DNA of 64,000 nt, from assembly GCF_964204645.1 (NCBI RefSeq), contig NC_134035.1:1054001-1118000 (forward strand), read 5' to 3'. The position numbers and the translations under genes were made by a program. Of the stretch, positions 1 to 16,253 are shown piece after piece. A model generated the notes under the pieces. It had not been told where the DNA came from. It was given only the letters and a program-made list of their open reading frames with translations, and made no database searches. This DNA is from Tubulanus polymorphus (taxonomy: Eukaryota; Animalia; Nemertea). Every line of letters begins with the position of its first letter. Position 1 is the first letter of the stretch.

Positions 1-3000
1 GCGGTAAATATGCACTACTATTTTAGTTCATAGAAATTCCGCTATCGTAATTCATTGGGGCAGCACTGAACGGTAGATATCTAACTCAGCCTCGCAATCT
101 TACTGTGGCATGCGAGTAATACAGATATTTTTCTTAGCCGAATTTCGTTCAATGTTTAATATGAGTCCATTGTATATGAATAATTCTACTATTGTTTTAG
201 GTTTTTCGAAGGGGATCATCTTTTTAAAACGAATTTCAAACTATTTTGATAGAACTCTTTTGTCTGCGGAATGTACTAGTATCCGGTAAAGCGGTAGGCT
301 CACATGCCAAAGGAAGAATTTCAAGCAAATTAAATATTATTCTCTAAATAGTGCATTCAACTACCACTAATTCACTGTAACCAGAAAAAAATGTTCTGAA
401 ACTATTAAAGAAACAATTTTCTATGAAAGAATAAAGCTTAAGAGTAAATTTGAATCTGGGATATTCCTAGTTTCGTCTGGGAGAGAACAACAGGTTCTAG
501 ATGCCAGGAGCATTTTTTTTAGTTGCCCCGTTTTTAGTTCAAACACAACCAATCGGTAGTGTCACATATTTAGTCCTCGTGGACATAAAGTTCACTATAA
601 GTGAAGTCAAGTTCTCCCAATATGTGTTCGTTTGTTTGTTTATCCTCTCGGTGAGTTCTAACGCTGCCCACACATATTTATCCAGTTCATCTGATGTAGG
701 TCCTGATCAACAAACAAAAACGTCAATATATAGTTCCTTATGATGACAAACTCCTAAAAAAATATACACGAAACTTTATAGATTTGAGGCCACCAGTCAA
801 ACATACAGAGTTAGAGTTAAGTCTAATTACCGGTGTATCAGAGAAATGGCAATCTGAGGTAGGCTACTCAACAAAATGAATGTCAGGGGTCGAATATTTT
901 TTGTCTCCGATTTCGTTGAAATTCAGTATAGACATGTATTATGGGGTGCTGATCACAAATCTGAAAGAATTTTTCGGGTCCGAGGCCCAGAAAATGAGTA
1001 ATTCGCATTTTTGGGGGACCCCCTAAATTTTCAAAAGGCCTTGGACCCCAGAGTTTTTGAGATATTCGAAATCTGATTGCAGATTTGGAATCAGCACCCC
1101 TGAAAATACAGAGGACTAAAATTTTAAACAAATCGAAGAGATTCGATTTTTTGGCTAAAAATGGCAAAAATCTAAGGTGTTAGTCCAGGAGTTTTTTTTC
1201 GGCGAAAAATTTTTTTTCTCTGATTCCTTCGAAAATTAGTAGGAATATGTATTCTGAGGTGTAGATTCCGGATCCGTAATCAGATTTTGAATCGGAATTC
1301 ATCTTCATAAGCAAATAAGGGTTTTAATGCCCAAAATATGCACCCCAAAAATGGGGTACAAAGTCAAAATTTTTTTTTGGCCCAATTTTAATGAAATTTT
1401 GTGCAGACATGTTTTTTGGGGTGCTGGGTACAAATATGAGGTTAGATTTAGGATCTGAAGCTCGTAAAATGAGATATTCAGGATTTCGTGTTTTGACCCC
1501 CTTAATTTCGTCACAAATTTTGATGAAATTCGGTCCAAAAACGATTTTTATTCAATGATGTCAAATATTCAATTAATTTTTAAGGTAGAAATTGATTCTC
1601 TTACTAAAAACCCTGAATTATAATTCCTGCAACACAATTACAGGCTGCTTCAAATAACCACATTGACAATTCTTATGAAATGTAGTAAACAGAGTGAGTA
1701 TCAATCCACTTATAGTCCGGTTAGTTGACTAAATAGTCCAGTTAGTTCACATATAGTCTGGTTAGTTCACTAGTAGTCCAGTTAGTTCACTAGTAGTGCG
1801 GAAGAAGTTGGCTGAAGAAGTAAAACTGTGATAAATTTCAGATGATGAGGTTGGGTGAGGTTGAGGGAGGATGGGGTGAGAGGTCGAGGGAGGATGGGTG
1901 AAAAGGGAAGCAAAACAGTACAATTACTCTGACATAGTTCAGGCTTAAGCAAAAGTTTTCAGCAGTTTTCAGTCACACTGGATTAACAGATTCTCGTTTT
2001 ACACAAGAGCCCAGCCTGTGGCAGTGGGAGAAAGGCGTTGTAACTAACTGGTCGAGTCAGGGCCGGGCCGGCTTCACTGTTGTGTCGTGACGTGTCTGCG
2101 TGCGAAGTCAACTGGAGTGAGGTCCCCCTGTGCGTCCCTGAGGACATGAAATATCATGAATGCTTATCTTTTTACCCAATATCAAATTCGTACATTTAAA
2201 ATCATCGTGACTTTAAAGTCTTCATCAATTGAGGGAATAGTTCACTGTAAATAAAGAATTAGCGATTGAATTGAGCCCGCTCCACAGTAAAATAGCGCGA
2301 TCCATTCAATCTCGACCGTCTAGTGCTGCCGCTAGGTATAACGATAGCGTGGAAAACGTGAACCAATTTTTAACCAATATCAAATATCTTTTTGACCAAT
2401 ATCAAATTCGTACATTTAGAATCATCGCGGCTTTATCAATTGAGGGAATAGTTCACTGTAAATAAAGATTTAGCGATTGAATTGAGCCCGCTCCACAGTA
2501 AAATAGCGCGATCCATTCAATCTCGACCGTCTAGTGCTGCCGCTACGTATAACGATAGCGTGGAAAACGTGAACCAATTTTTAACCAATATCAAATATCT
2601 TTTTAACCAATATCAAATTCGTACATTTAGAATCATCGCGGCTTTATCAATTGAGGGAATAGTTCACTGTAAATAAAGATTTAGCGATTGAATTGAGCCC
2701 GCTCCACAGTAGAATAGCGCGATCAATTCAATCTTGATCGTCTTGTGCTGCCCCTATGTATAACGATAGCGTGGGAAATGTGAACTAACATAATACTCGC
2801 TTGCCAGAGTGTTCGAACTGCAGTAGTGGACGAACTAATTACCAATTTGCGGCCGGATTCCGAAAAAAATCCCAAACTCTGAAAACTGCTCTGAAACGTT
2901 TGAACCAAACATTTGTTCTATTAAAGAATAAGCCTTGAAAGAGTAAATTCAAATCGGGGTATTTCTAGTATGGTGTGGGAGAGAGCGACAGAAAAAATAT

Positions 3001-3200
3001 GGACATTTTGTCAATTCAGATGATAAACTATCATTCAAAAATGTAAATGAATACTTTATTCTGTATATAAATACTATATTAATTGATAAGTAAGTGAATT
3101 TTAGCTAGAAATAATTAAATATGTTACCTAAAAAATGAGAAAATATCATGCAAAATTCAGAACGTATTCATAGTATCATATTTAATCAGAATTAGACGAC
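1..3200. repeat. Composite ~3.0-3.6 kb tandem repeat (macrosatellite-like), array 1, truncated by the window start
   Basis: Same ordered modules as the arrays at 16254-23180, 33120-38314, 41427-43230 and 58850-64000: 20-bp GTTAGTTCACTAGTAGTCCA repeats, GGAGGATGGGGTGAGAGGTT satellite, TTGAGCCCGCTCCACAG block, AT-rich block and GGGGTGCTGAT block. Confidence 0.9.
2165..2720. repeat. 211-bp local tandem duplication (~2.6 copies) inside the composite repeat
   Basis: Near-identical ORF calls at 2271 and 2482 (offset 211). TTGAGCCCGCTCCACAG occurs three times. Confidence 0.85.
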
Positions 3201-3664
3201 ACACCGGTCGACACATAGATGATGCATGCCAGACACCAAATGCACCTAATTTTGCCTTTGTGGACATCAAAGTGCCCTTTTGGGATGTGACAAGTCCTTC
3301 AAAATTGCCGTCCCTGTTTCATTTTAGTGGTATAAGATGTTAGAATACGGGATATTGACACATTCAAGTTCTGAATTTTATCGATTGATGGCGCTATAGT
3401 CAGAACCGTGAATAAGGACCTAAATCCGCCATGTTTTAGTTCATTTGCAATAAAATATCACTCGCTTCAAGGTTTTAGCGAGCGTTATTTTGCTTACAGT
3501 GCATCATCACGCGTAATCCTTTCAGTACGACATCCTCACAATCGGTCGGATGCGATAAAACCTCACTTCAAAGGTTAGAAATCACTATAAATGTCTTAAA
3601 TTTACCGAAAAAAGCAAATTCAGCGACAACACTGACTAGCGTATGACGTCACAGCATCGTCCGC

Positions 3665-4137
3665 TCAAAGATGATTTTTTTTCTCGTATCTCCACTTGAA
3701 AATGGCCGTCGATTCCGGCGGCATCGTGATCTCGTCTCTACTACGTATTATGTCTCCGACTTCGAAATCAAAATCTCCAATCGTCAAGAACGCCACTTCT
3801 ATCTTATCGCTATGGATGAGCTCGGATTTTGCCATTTGGCGCAGATCGAGTTTTCCGGCCACGCGACCGAAATTCGAAACTACGAGAAACCTGAATGAAA
3901 ACCGAACACGAGAACAGGGCTTAATTCGTACATTATTCTAGCGATCAACACGGTGAGAATATTATTCTGATTTTGTATCTACCCCGGATGGCCGTCCGCC
4001 TGGCGAACGAAGGACATGATCTCTTCGTTCGACGAGCCGAACGTGATTCTACCAGCGTGTATGCTGGGCTCCTTCTCGCGTAACGCCGACAGATTCCGGA
4101 ACTGCCACAACGATGACTGTCTCACTCCGTCCTGAAC
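3665..4137 (-). pseudogene. Orphan duplicate of the last two exons of the SLC3 heavy-chain gene (4137-3983, 3890-3665)
   Basis: Near-identical to 44162-43690 (VQDGVRQSSLWQFRNL...FKWRYEKKNHL*). Homology stops at 4627 inside the upstream intron, so exons 1-10 are absent. Confidence 0.85.
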
Positions 4138-4643
4138 CTTTGAAAAACGAGGTAAGGAAATAATTTAATTCGATATAGGTTTAAGTATATATTATCAGTG
4201 TCTACTACAGCCTTGAACGAGCTTTGATCGTCCACGCTTCGTGGTTCGTATCGTAAATGAACTGTATGCGCCGTACTAAAACCACTGACATAGAAAATGA
4301 TACGTTGGATCATAAACCACACCAGCAATAAACATCGGCGGTTTATAGAAAGTCGAACAGCCCCTCAAACCCCCGAAATTATTACGTTTGGGCAGAGAAG
4401 TGTAATGACATCTCATTACACTTCCCCGGTTTGGGGCGATCTCCTAATCGGTCGGGTTACGTTTGTAAAGTGCAATAACATTTGAAATCAGTTCATTCCT
4501 ACAACTGCCGGTTCTGTTTTAGTTAGCTTGATCATGATTTAGAATATAGTGACGTGCAGGGAATATTATATATAGGCGACCGAGTCGATTTAAAGCTCAA
4601 CTGAAATGAGATACAAGGCCAGCAGGTAAACGATATAAACGAT

Positions 4644-5217
4644 AAACGAGAATCTGTTAATCCAGTGTGACTGAAAACTGCTGAAAACTTTTGCTTAAGC
4701 CTTTACTATGTCAGAGTAATTGTGCTGTTTTGCTTCACTTTTCACCCATCCTGCCTCAACCTCTCACCCCATCCTCCCCCAACCTCATCACCCCATCCTC
4801 CCTCAACCTCACCCCAACCTCTCACCTCATCCTCCCTTTACCTCATCACCCCATTGTCCCCAACCTCTCATCCCACCCCCAACCTCTCACCCCATCCTCC
4901 CTCAACCTCACCCCAACCTCTCACCCCATCCTCCCTCAACCTCACCCCAACCTGTCACCCCATCCTCCCTCAACCTCACCCCAACCTCTCACTTCATCCT
5001 CCCTCAACCTCTTACCCATCCTCCCCCAACCTCTCACCCCATCCTCCCCAACCTCATCACCCCATCCTCCCCCAACCTCTCATCCCATCCTCCCTCAACC
5101 TCTCAGTCAGTCTCCCTGTTAATGTGATTTCAATTTTAGTATTTCAGGTTTTCCTCTGTCGGGCTGTCGTGTAAACTTCATCATGAATACTGGACGTGGT
5201 GGACTTCAACTGAAATT
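4644..5217 (-). repeat. Inverted fragment of the composite repeat (satellite module)
   Basis: Reverse complement of the module at ~17750-18385. It is the only inverted piece of this repeat in the window. Confidence 0.88.
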
Positions 5218-5219
5218 TT

Positions 5220-5387
5220 CTGCTGGATCCATGGTCATTAACAGATTGCTGCATATACTAATTTCTTATTTCTTGTATTGGTTGGAAACTTGGGTTTTAA
5301 TGGCCATTTAAAAACACGTTAGCACTCACTGCACGTTAGTGTATAGCTTATGATTGAATTTCAACATTTCACCCTTGAGCAATCGCC
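5220..5387 (-). repeat. 168-bp inverted repeat, left arm, flanking the inverted astacin gene
   Basis: Reverse complement of 11869-12036 (and of ~54464-54631). Confidence 0.9.
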
Positions 5388-5764
5388 CAGGTCTACCAAC
5401 CTTGCTCCCAAAAAATCAAATACATTTATAGTTAATGAATGATCAATTATCTTCCAATATCACTATAATCAACGACCAAAACCATTCGTTGGTTGTTAAA
5501 CGAGAGCTGGGTTTTGCTGATCATATGCATGCGGCCCTTATCAGCCACGAGCAGCTCAGATAAATTTTTTATAACATTATTCATTGTTTCAATATGAAAA
5601 CACGTCATATCCGGTGTGAATTTCAAATAGATAATCGAAAAATCGGTGGAACAGGAAATTGCGTTTCCTGGGGATAAATCCTTTTCACGCTTGAACAATA
5701 CCCCGATTTGTAAAAGATTTTACCTTTAATCGGTGTATGATCCTGGTTGATGCTACCTGTGGCA

Positions 5765-5770
5765 TATAAA
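5765..5770 (+). promoter_or_regulatory. Candidate TATA box of astacin copy 1
   Basis: TATAAA 48 nt upstream of the ATG at 5813, conserved in copy 2 (TTTATA at ~54081). Confidence 0.45.
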
Positions 5771-5812
5771 CGGTATCGTCACCAGCGATGTTGGTAGATC
5801 TGCTGAACCATC

Positions 5813-11694
<5,882 letters not shown>

Positions 11695-11868
11695 ATCTGT
11701 CGATAAACGAATAGAATTAAAAGCAAGGTAATAATAATAGCCTTCCTAATTCTTTTTATTTCAAATTACGGTTATTTCTTGAGAAAAGCAGAAGTGATTT
11801 AAAGCTTGTTATTCGAATTCACGATTTACGGGAAGTAAGGGCGGCTAGTGGGCGATCAGATATTGCAA

Positions 11869-12036
11869 GGCGTTTGCTCAAGGGTGAAATGTTGAAATTC
11901 AATCATAAGCTATACACTAACGTGCACTGAGTGCTAACGTGTTTTTAAATAGCCATTAAAACCCAAGTTTCCAACCAATAAAAGAAATAAGAAATTAGTA
12001 TATGCAGCAATCTGTTAATGACCATGGATCCAGCAG
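11869..12036 (+). repeat. 168-bp inverted repeat, right arm
   Basis: Reverse complement of 5220-5387. It begins at a GGC microhomology junction. Confidence 0.9.
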
Positions 12037-13080
12037 CCATTTTCACCAAGAACCTAATTAGTCATAAGTGTCTGATTGATTTTACTGTTCGCTGCATTAA
12101 ATTGTTGTATCCCGGATTGCTCTTTGTCTCAGCTTTAACGGTTCCTGTAAATTTCGATATTACTCAAATCCGGGTTGTTTATCATTATTTGGCAGTTAGC
12201 GAAAATCATTGTATCTTACAATCAATGATTCAGATTGAACTTGATCCACGATTTATTGAAAATCAAAATGATGTCATCTGAAAACTGTACATTCCAACAA
12301 AATACGATCATTTATAATGATAGAGAATAGCTTTAACTCTCTGTTTAAAAGTGCTTGTTAATCATATTCAATTTTATAATCACGAAAACTGGTGGTAAAT
12401 TCTGTAACAATTCCTCCTCGATATTTAAAGTTTCTTCAGTCTGTTCTTCCTCGGAGAAAGAGACCTCATCCGTATCAACATGTGTGACGTCACGGGTATA
12501 GTTAGTCCGCGTATCGAAATCTGGTAGGCAGTCTACATCGATATTGGATCCGTGGGCGTCATAATCAGTGTTTGTATCGACAGTTGGTAGACTGTCTACA
12601 TGTAAATCAAACTCAGGAAATTCTATGTTTTGTACTGGTGGTAAACTGTCGTAGCCAAAATCATCGTGAATGATAGGACCACCAGCCTTATATCGTTTGG
12701 TCAGAAATGAATTTCTGTTTTGTTTAGTCAGTCGCTGCTGGCGCTCCTCCGTCCCGGGCGTGGGGCGTAGAGCAATCCGGATTTCGTGTTCGTGTTTGAA
12801 TTACATTTGAATTATATTTATCGTCTAGATTTTAAGCGTGTTAAATAGTTGAATAAATGAGTATGATGTTTTTTTTTTCGAAGAAAGCATTGTATGAATT
12901 CCTAGAAATCTAGTGATGTGTACCCCAGTGGTACCGTAGCTGCGAAATTCAAGTTTGGTCAGAAACGGATGATTTCATTCAGAGTCGACATCGTCACGGC
13001 GTTGACCATTGTGACATCGCGGTTGTTTGTCCGAATATGAATGGCCGTCGAATATGTTCGAATGTTTTCCTGTCACAATC

Positions 13081-13310
13081 GGGCGGACCGGATGGCGTAG
13101 TCGGTCGGCGACTTGCGTGTCACCGCTGTGGCCCAGGTTCGAGTCTCGGAGGAGGCGGGTCAGGATGTGGCAAATGATCTCCGGTAAGCGGGCGAGTCGA
13201 GAGTACTGTCCTCCCTGGAATGAGGTTGCTAATGCGTGAGTCCTACAGAATAACTGGTGTGGGGTAAATTATGTTTAATTCAGTCGTTTCTGGCTGAATT
13301 ATTTATTTAT
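13081..13310 (+). mobile_element. tRNA-derived SINE
   Basis: A box TGGCGTAGTCGG (13093), B box GGTTCGAGTCT (13136), ATTT-repeat tail and a possible CACAAT TSD. Confidence 0.65.
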
Positions 13311-14438
13311 CCCACAATACCGGTCCAGGTTGCGGAGTAATTCCCCCAGGGACCTTCGACTTTTTTACAATATTAGTTTGTTATTTTAAGTTGAGTGGTG
13401 AGGGTTTGGAAAATTTGTTTATATTTATTCAATTCCTCGAACTGAAGAAATCCAAGCGACTATTCGGTGCAAGCAGCGCGCGCGGTGATCAATCACAGTT
13501 TTTTCTCAACTGATGATAAAACTTCCATAATTTTTTAACTTCACCAGATTTCAGTTAAAGAAGATATGTACGCGGCGATGTCTGGTGAACTTGTGTATAA
13601 ATTCGGATTGAAAACTACTCTATCTAATAGAGAATCACTCTCCGGAGACCTGCCATACGCTCTACTACACAATAGTGCCGCGTCACTGCACAAACCCTTA
13701 AGGCAACTTCAATATCCTAAAGTAAAACTCGAAAATAGTAAAATTGAGCCGGTATTATAGTTCAAAACCAGACGTAAATAGAAGGGAAATCTACACTTAA
13801 GTTTGTTGGATAGTTTAGATAAAATTTCAGCATATAATTTTAGGCTAAAATCGTAGCAATCGATATTTCTATCTTTAACAATATGTGTCTCTATGAATAG
13901 TCGAATTAAACTCGATGACCTGTAGGCCCCATTGAAAAAGTTTGGCACGAATTGAATGCTTCTTGCGGATTAGCGTCACGGACTCGGGTCTGTCACAGGA
14001 ATGCGCGATCGAGCCTTCTGATTGATCCATTCCGGTCGCATCGATGATGCACCGTCGCTGATTGGTTGACGTAGGTATTAGAAGCGCGGTTCGAGCCGCC
14101 CGATGCCAGTCCGAGAACTGATGTCCAGTGATGAAGAGCTCTGCAACAAGGCGTGAAGAACGTGTGGCTTCAAGCGAACAACCTGCTAATAAGCGGCTGA
14201 TGATGTTAGGAATGACTGGAACGTGAAGGAATTTGTGACGCCTAGCAATTAAAAAGCAAGAAACTGGCGGCTGTTGGTGCTGATGATTGCGGAGGAGATG
14301 ACGGCTAATTTGCTGTTGTTGCTGATTTTCGATGTTCGATTTCACACACATTTATACATTATGATGAATATTGTGTCTTTTTAGGGTTAAACCGAAACCA
14401 GTTCGCTACTACTGGTTTGTCGCAACGTCCTGAACTAG

Positions 14439-14439
<1 letters not shown>

Positions 14440-14510
<71 letters not shown>
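14440..14510. repeat. (CTG)~24 microsatellite
   Basis: Read directly. The duplicate (57032-57066) has ~12 units. Confidence 0.97.
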
Positions 14511-14689
14511 ACATTGGGAACCGCATCAACTCGCATTTTGCTGTTTCGGTATCATTACATTAAGATAAGGTAATTATATTAAACTATACCCATCCGTACA
14601 TTTTGCATATTCAATGTTCTTCATTAGCTTGATTGTTCTTCATTAGCTTGACGATTATCCGATTTGTTTTTCAGCCGGCAATATTTGAG

Positions 14690-15212
14690 TTACAGCAACA
14701 TCTTCAAACCTTGAGACGCAGACTCTACTCCGACCACAGAACCGTCTTCAAACCTCGAGACGCAGCCTCTACTCCGACTACAGAACCATCTTCAAACCTC
14801 GAGACGCAGACTCTACTCAGACTACAGCACCATCTTCAAACCTCGAGACGCAGACTCTACTCAGACTACAGCACCATCTTCAAACCTCGAGACGCAGACT
14901 CTACTCGGACTACAGAACCGTCTTCAAACCTCGAGACGCAGACTCTACTCCGACTACAGCACCATCTTCAAACCTCGAGACGCAGACTCTACTCAGACTA
15001 CAGCACCATCTTCAAACCTCGAGATGCAGACTCTACTCCGACTACAGCACCATCTTCAAACCTCGAGACGCAGACTCTACTCAGACTACAGCACCATCTT
15101 CAAACCTCGAGACGCAGACTCTACTCCGACTACAGCACCATCTTCAAACCTCGAGACGCAGACTCTACTCCGACTGAGAACCATCTTCAAACCTCGAGAC
15201 GCAGACTCTACT
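14690..15212. repeat. 44-bp minisatellite, ~12 units (GACTACAGCACCATCTTCAAACCTCGAGACGCAGACTCTACTCC)
   Basis: Head-to-tail units with no spacers. Confidence 0.95.
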
Positions 15213-15567
15213 CATTATTTCGTTTTGCCGCATGTTATAAAAAGTAACGTAAATAAATAAAACGTCCATCTATATAAAATGCTCTCTTTAATAAAATGCT
15301 CTTTGTCTCGGGCACTTTGCCCCGGAAAGGACTCTTCCCTCTCTCAACTTCCCGGAAAGGACTCTCTTACAACTTCTCACGTTCAAGGAAAGGACAAAGT
15401 CAAAAAGGAAAGGACAAACGCAAAGTACAAATCAAAGGATTTATTCCAAATTCAAAGTAGGAATTTGTTACAGCTTGTTTGCAAAAGTAAAATTCAACAT
15501 TTTATTGAAACGAACAAAATCAAAATTCAACATTTTATTCAATCAACAACCAATAAAAATTATTTAC

Positions 15568-15635
15568 AATACGGGATTTGAACCACCAACCACTGGTCTA
15601 GCAGTCCAGCACCCTACCCACTACGCTATAGGGAC
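15568..15635 (-). pseudogene. tRNA-like sequence (degenerate tRNA or SINE head)
   Basis: Minus strand has A box TAGCGTAGTGG, an anticodon-like arm CTGG-ACTGCTAGA-CCAG and B box GGTTCAAATCC. No proper acceptor stem. Confidence 0.5.
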
Positions 15636-15769
15636 GTACTGACAGCCTGCAGGGGAACTCATATTTATCCATTGCTTAAGCAAATTTTATTAAAAAAATA
15701 ATGCCATCTACCGGGCGAGACAGGAACTAGTTCCTATCACAACCCGGTAGATGGTGGAGAATGAGACCA

Positions 15770-16190
15770 GAAGAAGGAGATGAGAGGAGAGAATGAGAGA
15801 TGAGTATGAGATGAGAATTAAAGAGTGAGAGATGAGAATGAGATGAGTATGAGAGAGAGTATCAGATGAGAATTAAAGAGTGAGAGATGAGAATGAGATG
15901 AGTATGAGAGAGAGTATCAGATGAGAATTAAAGAGTGAGAGATGAGAATGAGATGAGAATGAAAGCGTGAGATGAGAGATGAGTATGAGAGATGAGTATG
16001 AGAGATGAGTATAAGATGACAATGAAAGAGTGAGATGAGAGATGAGTATGAGATGAGAATGAGAGATGAGTATGAGAGATGAGGATGAAAGAGTGAGATG
16101 AGAGATGAGTATGAGATGAGAATGAGAGATGAGTATGAGATGATGAAAGAGTGAGATGAGGATGAGTATGAGAGATGAAAGAGAGAGACA
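15770..16190. repeat. GAGATGAGTAT-type degenerate simple repeat
   Basis: Read directly. The duplicate is at ~58295-58790. Confidence 0.9.
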
Positions 16191-16253
16191 GAGGATAATA
16201 GGATTGTATATCACCTGAACTTCTATGTTCCTCGTTGTTTTCTATCCGGCAGA

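Noticed and set aside
4691-5174. Pro/His/Ser-rich ORFs (also ~17700-18320, 21425-21750, 33306-33689, 41593-42141, 60271-60905)
   Set aside because: Open in several frames because the satellite lacks stop codons. Lengths and frames vary between copies.
14690-15212. 44-bp repeats as a CRISPR array or a repeat-protein CDS (ORF 14633-15247)
   Set aside because: No unique spacers and no cas genes. The unit is not a multiple of 3 and the duplicate copy has in-frame stops.
15568-15635. Functional tRNA-Ser(GCT)
   Set aside because: No paired acceptor stem and no long variable arm. Kept only as tRNA-like.
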